Of a DNA stretch of 35,539 nt, positions 27,121 through 35,539 are shown in pieces; the first letter of the stretch is position 1; every line of letters begins with the position of its first letter. Position numbers and translations under genes: made by a program. The notes beneath the pieces were generated by a model. That model searched no databases. It saw only the letters and a program-made list of their open reading frames with translations, and had not been told where the DNA came from. This stretch comes from an uncultured Bacteroidales bacterium (GTDB lineage: Bacteria > Bacteroidota > Bacteroidia > Bacteroidales > JALTDM01), in contig CAYMVE010000004.1 in assembly GCA_964393715.1 (NCBI GenBank), positions 1 through 35,539 on the forward strand, read 5' to 3'.

Positions 27121-27711
27121 TCAAGGCTGGTTACGCAATGCTAAAAATTCTTTTTCCAATTCTAATAATTTTTTACTCCGCCTTATTAATTTTTTTGCCG
27201 GGTTGCCTTTATAAATATAGAATTCTTCACAATTTTCATGAACTAAGCTTAATGCTCCAACGGCGGCACCTGTCCCAATAGTTACTCCGGGAAGTATAAC
27301 AGTACCACTGCCGATTAAAGCATGTTTGAAAAGAACAACATCTCCACGGGTCACTCCTCTAAATTTATCAGGTATGGTTGGATTGGTCAAATACTCTCCC
27401 AAATAATCGTCATTGCTTGAATATATGGATACTCTTGAAGAGATTCCAACAAAGTCGTGTAATGTGATTTTACCGTCACCTTGTAATGAAGAAAATATTG
27501 CAATATGAACATAATTTCCGATTTCTATGCCACCCTCTCCGGCAGATAAAACGCAGTAATCATCAATTCTTACATTGCTTCCTATCCATATCCTTGATGT
27601 GCCGTAAAACGAAGCTTTGCGACTTATCAAAACATTTTCTCCAATGGCACCAAAGCCTAATGAAAACAATTCTTCTTTACTATAAAACGAAGTATTATTA
27701 TATCGTTCCAT
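27121..27711 (-). CDS. vioB: Hexapeptide-repeat acyltransferase, VioB-like (dTDP-4-amino-4,6-dideoxyglucose N-acyltransferase)
   Basis: IGENVLISRKASFYG, IGSNVRIDDYCVLSAGEGGI, ISSRVSIYSSNDDY, GAAVGALS and RSKKLLELE closely follow my recollection of VioB. Confidence 0.75.
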   Translation of the reverse strand: MERYNNTSFYSKEELFSLGFGAIGENVLISRKASFYGTSRIWIGSNVRIDDYCVLSAGEGGIEIGNYVHIAIFSSLQGDGKITLHDFVGISSRVSIYSSNDDYLGEYLTNPTIPDKFRGVTRGDVVLFKHALIGSGTVILPGVTIGTGAAVGALSLVHENCEEFYIYKGNPAKKLIRRSKKLLELEKEFLALRNQP

Positions 27712-28420
27712 TGTCTACATAAATATTTTGTCCGGTTATTGATTGGGCTTTATCTGATAACAAAAATACGATTGTTTCGGCAACAGAGGTTATGTTTACA
27801 GCTTGTTTTAAAGAGGTTCTTTTGAATATCCTGTTTTTTTGTTCATCGGAAAGGGTAGCACTCATATTGGTTTCCATAAAACCGGCAACAATACAATTTG
27901 AACGAATACCAAACTCACCCCATTCGCGGGCTGTGTTTTTTGAAAAAGCTTCTAATGCTCCTTTTGTTGATGCATACATTGATAGCCCTTTATAACCCGT
28001 ATGGACACTAATTGAGGAAATATGGACAATACTACCTTTTACATGATGCAATAACATTTGTCTTATTACATATTTTGTTAATATCATAGGAGTAAAAACA
28101 TTTACTCTGTACATTTTTTCAAGGGGAGACATATTTATGTTTGTAACTATATCGTCATACGCTAAAGCAGCATTGTTTACAAAGCCATGAATAGGAGTAT
28201 TTAATCCTATCCAATCTTTGAAAATATTTTTTCGTATGTTTTCGGAGTTTTCCAAATCGTATTGTAACCATTTTAACTTATCCGGATAGTCTTGTAGTAA
28301 TTTGTTTAGTTCCTTTGTTTTGTTGCGACTTATTCCATATATTGTCCACCCTTTTCTTAACATTAATTGGGATGTTTCCAATCCTAACCCTTTTGAAATC
28401 CCAGTTATTAGTATATTCAT
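27698..28420 (-). CDS. SDR oxidoreductase, FabG-like ketoacyl-ACP reductase
   Basis: TGISKGLG, NNAA, ISS, YASTK and ITGQNIYVDNG motifs. Confidence 0.9.
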   Translation of the reverse strand: MNILITGISKGLGLETSQLMLRKGWTIYGISRNKTKELNKLLQDYPDKLKWLQYDLENSENIRKNIFKDWIGLNTPIHGFVNNAALAYDDIVTNINMSPLEKMYRVNVFTPMILTKYVIRQMLLHHVKGSIVHISSISVHTGYKGLSMYASTKGALEAFSKNTAREWGEFGIRSNCIVAGFMETNMSATLSDEQKNRIFKRTSLKQAVNITSVAETIVFLLSDKAQSITGQNIYVDNGTI

Positions 28421-28422
28421 TT

Positions 28423-29661
28423 CTATTTTCTTTTAGTTTTTCCGGTTCTTGTTTTTTGTACTTCTTCTACAAAACGAATTATGCGAGGTATTTTAAATTC
28501 TTGAAGTTTTGTTTGAAGATAGTTTCTAATAGTAGATTCTTTGATAGTTTGATTATTTTCACAGACAATATCGCAACAAACGATATTTCCTAACACGGAA
28601 TTTTTTTTAGGATAAACTCTGACCTCTTTAACTTCAGGCATTGAAAGTATAGCATCTTCCACTTCTATGGGGTTTACTTTGTACCCTCCTACATTTATCA
28701 TCTCTGTCTTACGAGCGATAAAACGAAATTTTAGTGGGTGGGTTTCGATAATTTCAACTAAATCTCCAGTGTTATACCATTCCCCGATGTCAGTATTTGT
28801 GTCGCCCATAAGACTGTGGTGTATGAATAATATACCGTTATCAATCTTAATGAAATTTTCATATTCCGGTTTAACAATAAAAACATCATTTTCGGAAGCA
28901 AAAAGAGTTCCAGCTTCCGTCAAAGCATAAATATTCGTAATTTTGGCATTAGGAAAAATTGTCTTAAGTTGATTTATTACTTGTTCACTAAACCGTTCTC
29001 CTCCGGTTGTTATTCTTTGAACAGATGGAAATACTTTGGAAGAAGGTAATAACAGCCTGTAAAATGTTGGAGTTGCAGATATGTGTGTTATATTGTTTTC
29101 TTTTATTTCTCTAAAAATCTCACTGGGAGATAATCCAAATAAATTTACAATGCTATTTCCATTTAAAAGTGCTTGCAAAAAGACTTGAACGCCTGCTATA
29201 TGTGTTGGGTTGTATGCAAAACCCCATACAGCATTGGCATTTGTTTTTGAATATTTTACAAATCTGGTAATTGAATTAAAATCATGTACAACTTTTTTAG
29301 GAATTCCTGTTGTTCCCGATGTAAACAAAGTTATTTTCCAATTATTACTTGTTTGTCGGAGTAGATTAACCATATCGGTTTTATGTTCGAAAAATAGATT
29401 TATATTCTCGATAGACTTATTATATTTACTATAGTTCGAATTTCCAGTAAGTTTGATTAATTCTTCATTTGTAAAATCGGAATCTAGTAAGATTATCTCT
29501 TCTCCCAGCAACATAGAGAGAATTATGCATTTAAATACCTCATAAATATTATTCGATTTGCAATAAGGATTATATGATTTGATGTTTTTTAGGTCATGTA
29601 TAAGTTGGTTCCAATCAACAATTTGATGCGATTTTATATCTTTTAAAAAAAGTTCCGTCAT
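28423..29661 (-). CDS. ANL-family adenylate-forming enzyme (acyl-ACP/CoA ligase), short N-terminus
   Basis: FTSGTTGIPK, IYALTEAG, YNTGDL, RKTEMINVGGYKVNPIEVE and KTRTGK motifs. Confidence 0.9.
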   Translation of the reverse strand: MTELFLKDIKSHQIVDWNQLIHDLKNIKSYNPYCKSNNIYEVFKCIILSMLLGEEIILLDSDFTNEELIKLTGNSNYSKYNKSIENINLFFEHKTDMVNLLRQTSNNWKITLFTSGTTGIPKKVVHDFNSITRFVKYSKTNANAVWGFAYNPTHIAGVQVFLQALLNGNSIVNLFGLSPSEIFREIKENNITHISATPTFYRLLLPSSKVFPSVQRITTGGERFSEQVINQLKTIFPNAKITNIYALTEAGTLFASENDVFIVKPEYENFIKIDNGILFIHHSLMGDTNTDIGEWYNTGDLVEIIETHPLKFRFIARKTEMINVGGYKVNPIEVEDAILSMPEVKEVRVYPKKNSVLGNIVCCDIVCENNQTIKESTIRNYLQTKLQEFKIPRIIRFVEEVQKTRTGKTKRK

Positions 29662-29885
29662 TTTGATTTCAATTTTTCCAATATTTCACCTACAGTATTA
29701 ACAAGACCGTCTTCAAAGATGTCAATGTCAAATTCTGCTTCAATTCGTACGGTCAATTCCGCTAAATCGAGAGAATCAAATCCAATGTCGTTTCGTAAAT
29801 GCATCTGCGAATCTAATGTTGTTAATTTTTGTTTTGATCTGTTCTCCAATACCGTGTTTATGATTTCCAAAATCTTTTCTTCCAT
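29658..29885 (-). CDS. Acyl carrier protein
   Basis: 75 aa from ATG 29885 (MEEKILEII); GFDSLDL phosphopantetheine Ser motif; ATGA overlap with the ligase gene. Confidence 0.9.
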   Translation of the reverse strand: MEEKILEIINTVLENRSKQKLTTLDSQMHLRNDIGFDSLDLAELTVRIEAEFDIDIFEDGLVNTVGEILEKLKSK

Positions 29886-29978
29886 ATCGCTTTTTTGTTT
29901 ATTTTTGAATTTAAATGAGAATTTTCTTTGTTCCCAAAACAACAGGAGATGAATAATACAGTTGTTGTTTTATTTATG

Positions 29979-29986
29979 CAAAAGTA
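29979..29986 (-). promoter_or_regulatory. Bacteroidota -7 element for the ACP cassette
   Basis: CAAAAGTA on + is TACTTTTG on -, about 95 nt upstream of the ACP start. Confidence 0.5.
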
Positions 29987-30172
29987 GAAAAATATGCGAT
30001 TGGTTACTGTTATTCTGTACAAATTTTTCCGTGCTATTGAGATTATGTGTTTTCAAAAAGCTGAGCTGGAAAAGTGAAAACCTTTTGCTGCTTTCCCCAT
30101 CTTTGTTCTTGTGTAAGAATGCCTCTATACGGAACAAAAAACATTTAATAGACCATTGCAGAAAAAATCATT

Positions 30173-30180
30173 TATATTTG
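30173..30180 (+). promoter_or_regulatory. Bacteroidota -7 element for nadK
   Basis: TATATTTG 29 nt upstream of the ATG. Confidence 0.6.
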
Positions 30181-30209
30181 CCTTTTGAATTGAGTATGGA
30201 TTATAAATC

Positions 30210-31097
30210 ATGAAAATAGGAATATTCGGTTATCCGTTTAATGACAATGAAGTAGAATTCATTTACAACATTATCGATTTTATAGAGAAGCATGTGGACA
30301 AGGTTTATATATACAAACCTTTTTACGATTACCTGATTAATTCGTTTGATATAAGCATTCCTCATACCAAGCTGTTTACCGAACATGACGAGGTACCTTC
30401 TTGTCTTGATTTTATGATAAGCATAGGAGGTGACGGAACCTTTCTCGAGACTGTAGCGTATGTGAGAAATAAAGGTATTCCCATATTAGGTATCAACAGA
30501 GGGAGACTCGGTTTTTTGGCCAACGTATCCAAAGTGGAGGTGGAAAGAGCATTGTCTTTGATTAAAGAAAGGGATTACAGTATAGAAAAAAGAGTGCTTT
30601 TCATGCTTGAAACCAAGGACAGAACCAACTTGCATTCGGAATTCCCCTATGCATTGAACGAGGTAACCATTCACAAAAAAGATACGGCTTCCATGATTGC
30701 CATAAAAACATTTGTGAATGACGAATATTTAAATACTTATTGGGCAGACGGACTTATCATATCTACGCCTACGGGTTCTACGGCCTATTCGTTAAGCGTA
30801 GGCGGCCCCATTGTGGTGCCCCAGTCGAAGAACATTATTATATCTCCGATAGCGCCTCACAATTTAACCGTACGTCCGTTGGTATTACCCGATGATGTGG
30901 AACTTACCTTCAAAGTGAATAGTCGCAGCGGATCTTTTCTGGTTACCCTGGATTACCGTTCCGAAGTGTTTGACAACGAAATGGAGTTTTCCATAAAAAA
31001 AGCCGACTTTGAAGTAGAAATGATAAAATTACCCGGTAGTAGTTTTTTTAGAACTATCCGCAATAAACTGATGTGGGGACTTGACAAAAGAAATTAA
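30210..31097 (+). CDS. nadK: NAD kinase
   Basis: GGDGT, GINRGRLGFL, ALNE and ADGLIISTPTGSTAYSLSVGGP motifs. Confidence 0.97.
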   Translation: MKIGIFGYPFNDNEVEFIYNIIDFIEKHVDKVYIYKPFYDYLINSFDISIPHTKLFTEHDEVPSCLDFMISIGGDGTFLETVAYVRNKGIPILGINRGRLGFLANVSKVEVERALSLIKERDYSIEKRVLFMLETKDRTNLHSEFPYALNEVTIHKKDTASMIAIKTFVNDEYLNTYWADGLIISTPTGSTAYSLSVGGPIVVPQSKNIIISPIAPHNLTVRPLVLPDDVELTFKVNSRSGSFLVTLDYRSEVFDNEMEFSIKKADFEVEMIKLPGSSFFRTIRNKLMWGLDKRN

Positions 31098-32219
31098 ATG
31101 AGAATAGCCGTAAATACCCGCTTGCTACTAAAAAACAAACTGGAAGGAATAGGCTGGTTTTCTTATGAAACCCTCAAAAGGATAACACGCCGGCATCCCG
31201 AACATGAATTTTATTTTATTTTTGACCGGAAGTATTCGGACGAATTTATTTTTTCCGGTAATGTTACTCCGGTTGTGGCATTTCCGCCCACACGCCATCC
31301 CGTGCTTACGGAATTTTATTTCAGGCATGTGCTGCCGATTGTGATAAAAAAGATTAAAGCCGATTTGTTTTTTTCACCGGATGGCTGGGTGCCCGTAAAG
31401 TCTCCCGTTCCGGTACATGCGGTTATACACGATCTTAACTTTGAACATTTTCCGTTCTTTATGCCGCGATATGCACACAGACATTTTACCAAATGTTTTC
31501 CGCAATATGCCAGACGAGCTGACAGAATAGCTACTGTGTCGGAATATACCAAACAAGATATTGTAAGCACATACGGCATTTCTCCGGAAAAGATAGATGT
31601 GGTTTATAACGGAGCAAACGAATTGTATGTTCCGCTTCCCGGAAAAGAACAGGAAAATATACGGAAAGAATTTACCGGCGGAGCGCCTTATTTTATTTTT
31701 GTAAGCAGTATTCATCCTCGCAAAAACCTTGAAAATACCTTGAAAGCGTTTTTCAAGTTCAAGGATGATACCGGCCGTCATACAAAGTTTGTGATAGTAG
31801 GCTCCGTAATGTGGAAATCTTCGGCACTGAAAAAGATAATAGCGAATAGCAAGTATCAAGAGGAACTTATATTTACCGGTCATGTTCCGGTTGAGACTTT
31901 GCATAAGCTGATAGCATCGGCCGAAGCTTTGGTGTATGTGTCTTTTTTCGAAGGGTTCGGTATTCCTATTTTGGAAGCGATGCGCTGCGGGACACCGGTA
32001 ATTACCAGTAATGTTACCAGCATGCCGGAAGTTGCAGGAGATGCAGCACTGACGGTGTCGCCACACGATTATGAAGAAATTGCCCAGGCCATGAAAAAAA
32101 TTTTTAGCGATAACGACCTGAGAATCAACTTGCAGGCGAAGGGACTGTCAAGAAGCAAAGAGTTTTCGTGGGACCGGACGGCAAATTTGTTATGGAATTC
32201 CATTAACAAACTTTTGTAA
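31098..32219 (+). CDS. Glycosyltransferase family 4 (GT-B)
   Basis: IHDL, TVSEYTK, HPRKN, EGFGIPILEAMRCG and FSW motifs. Confidence 0.93.
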   Translation: MRIAVNTRLLLKNKLEGIGWFSYETLKRITRRHPEHEFYFIFDRKYSDEFIFSGNVTPVVAFPPTRHPVLTEFYFRHVLPIVIKKIKADLFFSPDGWVPVKSPVPVHAVIHDLNFEHFPFFMPRYAHRHFTKCFPQYARRADRIATVSEYTKQDIVSTYGISPEKIDVVYNGANELYVPLPGKEQENIRKEFTGGAPYFIFVSSIHPRKNLENTLKAFFKFKDDTGRHTKFVIVGSVMWKSSALKKIIANSKYQEELIFTGHVPVETLHKLIASAEALVYVSFFEGFGIPILEAMRCGTPVITSNVTSMPEVAGDAALTVSPHDYEEIAQAMKKIFSDNDLRINLQAKGLSRSKEFSWDRTANLLWNSINKLL

Positions 32220-32277
32220 TAAAAAAAATTGTAATATTGCAAATTGATATTAATCATATTTTGAAAAAAAAAGCAAC

Positions 32278-34119
32278 ATGGACGAAAAACACAAACCCAC
32301 TAGTTTAGAAGACGTTGTGATACGTTTTGCGGGTGATTCTGGAGACGGTATGCAATTGATAGGTACTTTGTTCTCCGATGCATCTGCACATTACGGAAAT
32401 GATATTGCAACATTTCCGGATTATCCGGCGGAAATCAGAGCACCCCAAGGAACCGTTGGCGGTGTATCAGGTTTTACCGTGCATTTCGGACATACGGAAG
32501 TAAACACTCCGGGAGATTATGCCGATTTATTGGTAGCCATGAATCCGGCATCACTCAAGGCAAGCGTAAAATACCTGAAGCCGGGTGCGACGATTATTGT
32601 AGATATTGATGCTTTTACGGAAAAAAATATTAAAAAAGCAGGTTACCAAACCGATGATCCGTTTAAAGAAGACGGGTTGGAAGATTACAATATAATTCCT
32701 GTAAAAATCACTTCGCTTACCAAAGAAGCGTTGAAAGATTTGAATTTGGACAATAAGTCGGCGGTAAGAAGCAAAAATATGTTTGTGCTCGGAATGGTTG
32801 ATTTTATGTTCAGCCGTCCGTTGGATTACACCATACAATTTTTTGAAAAGAAATTTGCAGGTAAGCCGACTATTATCGAAGCCAATAAAAGAGCCTTGAA
32901 GGCAGGCTTTAATTATGCGGAAAATTCTCATGCTATCTTCTCGTTTAAAGTGGCTCCGGCAAAAATAGAACCCGGACGCTACAGGAACATCAACGGAAAT
33001 GTAGCTACGGCATGGGGATTTATAGTAGCCGCAGAAAAAGCCGGATTGGAACTCTTTTGCGGATCGTATCCTATAACACCGGCATCCGAAATATTGCAAG
33101 AACTTTCCAAAAGAAGAGATTTGGGCGTTAAGACATTCCAAGCGGAAGATGAAATTGCCGGTATTACAACGGCCATAGGAGCCAGTTTTGCAGGCGATTT
33201 GGCTATTACCACAACATCCGGGCCGGGGTTGGCTCTGAAAACCGAAGCCGCCGGTTTAGCCGTAATTACCGAACTTCCTCTGGTTATTGTGGATGTGCAA
33301 AGAGGCGGCCCATCGACAGGATTGCCAACCAAAACGGAACAAGCGGATTTATTCCAAGCATTATTCGGTAGAAACGGAGAATCTCCGATGCCGGTAATTG
33401 CCGCTTTCGGACCTTCCGACGCATTTTATACGGCCATAGAGGCTTCCAGAATAGCCTTGGAGCACATGACTCCTATTGTCATGCTTACCGACAGTTATAC
33501 GGCTAACGGTTCACAACCGTTCAGAATACCCGATTTGAATGAAATACCGGAAATCAAACCTCCTATTGTAACCGAACCTCCTTATCAACCATACGAAAGA
33601 ATAGACAAGGAAAAAATGATAAGAGGTTGGGCAAAAGTAGGTGTGCCGGGATTGCAACACAGATTGGGAAGCCTTGAAAAAATGGCAGTAACCGGTACCG
33701 TATCTTATGTGCCGGAAAACCATGAAAGAATGGTGAAAGAAAGACAACAAAAAGTGGATGCCATTGCCAACGATATTCCGCTACAAAAAGTAGAAGGAAA
33801 TCCCGATTCGGAACTGCTAATAATCGGTTGGGGAAGCACATACGGCCATATCAGGAGAGCCGTTAATCAGCTGAAACGCGAAGGAATAGAAGTGGCCTAT
33901 ACGCAATTCAAGTATATCAACCCGCTTCCGAAAAATACCGAAGAAGTTATTAAGAAATACAAAAAAGCCGTTGTATTCGAACTTAATATGGGACAATTTG
34001 CCAACTATTTGAGAATGAAGTTCCCCGGATTTGACCCCGTACAATATAATAAAGTACAAGGATTGCCTTTTACGGTTCAGGAAATTGTAGATCACATTAA
34101 ATCATTGTTAAAAAAATAA
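32278..34119 (+). CDS. korA: 2-oxoacid:ferredoxin oxidoreductase alpha subunit (gamma-alpha fusion)
   Basis: GDSGDGMQ, YPITP, QAEDE, TTTSGPG, QRGGPSTGLPTKTEQ and ELNMGQ motifs; substrate specificity not determinable. Confidence 0.92.
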   Translation: MDEKHKPTSLEDVVIRFAGDSGDGMQLIGTLFSDASAHYGNDIATFPDYPAEIRAPQGTVGGVSGFTVHFGHTEVNTPGDYADLLVAMNPASLKASVKYLKPGATIIVDIDAFTEKNIKKAGYQTDDPFKEDGLEDYNIIPVKITSLTKEALKDLNLDNKSAVRSKNMFVLGMVDFMFSRPLDYTIQFFEKKFAGKPTIIEANKRALKAGFNYAENSHAIFSFKVAPAKIEPGRYRNINGNVATAWGFIVAAEKAGLELFCGSYPITPASEILQELSKRRDLGVKTFQAEDEIAGITTAIGASFAGDLAITTTSGPGLALKTEAAGLAVITELPLVIVDVQRGGPSTGLPTKTEQADLFQALFGRNGESPMPVIAAFGPSDAFYTAIEASRIALEHMTPIVMLTDSYTANGSQPFRIPDLNEIPEIKPPIVTEPPYQPYERIDKEKMIRGWAKVGVPGLQHRLGSLEKMAVTGTVSYVPENHERMVKERQQKVDAIANDIPLQKVEGNPDSELLIIGWGSTYGHIRRAVNQLKREGIEVAYTQFKYINPLPKNTEEVIKKYKKAVVFELNMGQFANYLRMKFPGFDPVQYNKVQGLPFTVQEIVDHIKSLLKK

Positions 34120-34125
34120 TGCATC

Positions 34126-35157
34126 ATGAACACAATAACTAAAGAACAATTATATAAGAAGGTTGCTTTAAAACCGATGGAATACAAAAGTGACCAAGAA
34201 GTAAGATGGTGCCCGGGTTGTGGCGACCATGCCATTTACAATGCCATGTTGAAAACCGGGTGGGAACTCGGCATACCGAAAGAAAAAATAGCCGTAATTT
34301 CGGGTATCGGATGTTCTTCCAGATTTCCTTACTATGTGGATGTGTACGGCTTTCACGGTATTCACGGTAGAGCCGGAGCTTTGGCTTCTGGATTTAAGGT
34401 GGCCAGAAGAGACATGTCTGTTTGGCAAATTACCGGAGACGGAGATTCTTTGGCTATCGGAGGAAACCACTTGATACACGAGTGTAGAAGAAACATCGAC
34501 ATTAATATCATCATTTTTAACAACGAGATTTACGGTCTTACCAAAGGGCAATATTCGCCTACCAGCCGTTTTGGACAAATTACCAAAACATCGCCTTACG
34601 GAACCATTGAAAGACCGTTCAATATCGGACAACTGGTGATAGGTGCCAATGTAAGTTTCTTTGCCAGAACAGTAGATGCTTACATCAAAGAATCCGTGGA
34701 AATCTATAAAGCAGCCGAATATCACAAAGGAACTTCGGTAGTGGAAGTTTTACAAAACTGTGTGATTTACAACGATGGTGCCCACGATGCCATTACCAAT
34801 AAAAAGAACAGAAAAGAGCGCCAAATATGGCTGAAGCACGGAGAGCCTATGATTTTCGGTGAAAATGAAGACAAAGGAATTGTGATGGAAAATAACGAAT
34901 TGAAAGTGGTAGAACTGGGCAAAAACGGTATTACCGAAAAAGATTTGTTGGTTCATGATGCCAAGTCGGACAATCTGGGCTTACACCTTATGCTGGCAAC
35001 TATGGAATATCCGTTGGCAATGGGAGTTATCCGAGATGTGGACCGTCCGACTTACGAAGAACTCATGGAAAGCCAAATCGAAGAAATCAGCAGCAAGTCT
35101 AAAATCAAAAGCGTGGAAGATTTGCTCAACTCGGGCAATACATGGGAAATTAAATAG
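34126..35157 (+). CDS. korB: 2-oxoacid:ferredoxin oxidoreductase beta subunit
   Basis: WCPGCG, SGIGCS, HGR, GDGD (TPP) and NNEIYGLTKGQYSPT motifs. Confidence 0.93.
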   Translation: MNTITKEQLYKKVALKPMEYKSDQEVRWCPGCGDHAIYNAMLKTGWELGIPKEKIAVISGIGCSSRFPYYVDVYGFHGIHGRAGALASGFKVARRDMSVWQITGDGDSLAIGGNHLIHECRRNIDINIIIFNNEIYGLTKGQYSPTSRFGQITKTSPYGTIERPFNIGQLVIGANVSFFARTVDAYIKESVEIYKAAEYHKGTSVVEVLQNCVIYNDGAHDAITNKKNRKERQIWLKHGEPMIFGENEDKGIVMENNELKVVELGKNGITEKDLLVHDAKSDNLGLHLMLATMEYPLAMGVIRDVDRPTYEELMESQIEEISSKSKIKSVEDLLNSGNTWEIK

Positions 35158-35176
35158 AATGGTCTTGTCAAAAATA

Positions 35177-35213
35177 AAAGAGCCGCCGGCAAATGGAGTC
35201 GGCGGCTTTTTTT
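35177..35213 (+). terminator. Rho-independent terminator after korB
   Basis: AGAGCCGCCGGC-aaatgga-GTCGGCGGCTTT followed by a T run. Confidence 0.88.
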
Positions 35214-35325
35214 ATGGCTGTCTTTTATTCCGCCTCAATTTTTAGGGTGCCTTTGTGCTATGGTTTCTTGATAAATCCTGTCCGGTTTTTTAGTGGTATA
35301 TTCTGCCGAATGCTTAAATAATAAG

Positions 35326-35333
35326 TATCTTTG
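35326..35333 (+). promoter_or_regulatory. Bacteroidota -7 element
   Basis: TATCTTTG ends 5 nt before ATG 35339. Confidence 0.6.
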
Positions 35334-35338
35334 CAAAT

Positions 35339-35539
35339 ATGAAAATAAGTGGAAAAAAGGAAATCATAACCGTAACCAAGCCTTCGCTTCCGCCTTTGGA
35401 AGAAATGATGACATCATTAAAGGATATTTGGGAGAACAGATGGCTTACCAATAACGGTAAGTATCATCAGGAATTCGAACAAAAACTTGCCGAATTTTTA
35501 GGAGTACCTTATGTTTCCCTTTTTGCCAACGGAACTATT
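35339..35539 (+). CDS. vioA: DegT/DnrJ/EryC1/StrS sugar aminotransferase, VioA-like (partial, runs off the window end; absent from the ORF track)
   Basis: MKISGKKEIITVTKPSLPPLEEMMTSLKDIWENRWLTNNGKYHQEFEQKLAEFLGVPYVSLFANGTI; VTxPxLPPL...IW..RWLTNNG..HQ is typical of the VioA subgroup. Confidence 0.75.
   Translation, partial: MKISGKKEIITVTKPSLPPLEEMMTSLKDIWENRWLTNNGKYHQEFEQKLAEFLGVPYVSLFANGTI

Noticed and set aside
29886-29942. N-terminal extension of the ACP in the ORF track
   Set aside because: It uses a non-ATG start; ATG 29885 follows an A-rich leader and gives a normal 75-aa ACP.
27007-30209. Integrative element with att sites at tRNA-Thr
   Set aside because: No integrase and no duplicate of the tRNA 3' end; the 8-nt AATGCCTC match near 30118 is too short to be meaningful.
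1-35539. CRISPR arrays, IS elements, prophage genes, rRNA, selenocysteine or stop-codon recoding
   Set aside because: None seen; the recognisable genes end at the expected positions.

Overview
AT-rich chromosomal window from a Bacteroidota (probably Bacteroidales-like, anaerobic) bacterium. Evidence for the taxon: a T9SS C-terminal sorting domain, repeated TAnnTTTG promoters, a serC-serA-DUF1015 block and a WG-repeat lipoprotein. The main feature is a complete 13-gene Mrp/complex-I-related operon (2532-13417) in the gene order of the Thermococcales membrane-bound sulfane-sulfur reductase MBS/MBX (A-B-C-D-E-G-H-H'-M-J-K-L-N). Its large subunit has MBS-type motifs (RxCVPE / CPPE) rather than [NiFe]-hydrogenase or NuoD motifs. 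Its NuoB-like subunit has only three Cys, and its NuoI-like subunit is fused to a GltD/NfnB-type FAD/NADPH domain. This suggests an NADPH-fed, ion-translocating polysulfide reductase in a Bacteroidota host (inference). Other notable items: a 1018-aa pseudo-receiver + 7xPAS protein with no output domain; a symporter whose stop codon lies inside tRNA-Thr(CGT); and a low-GC ACP/acyl-ligase/SDR/VioB-like cassette behind that tRNA, with a VioA-like aminotransferase starting at the window end. The rest is housekeeping: serC, serA, pdxA, clpC, nadK, a GT4 glycosyltransferase and korAB. All calls come from reading motifs by eye; no database search was run.
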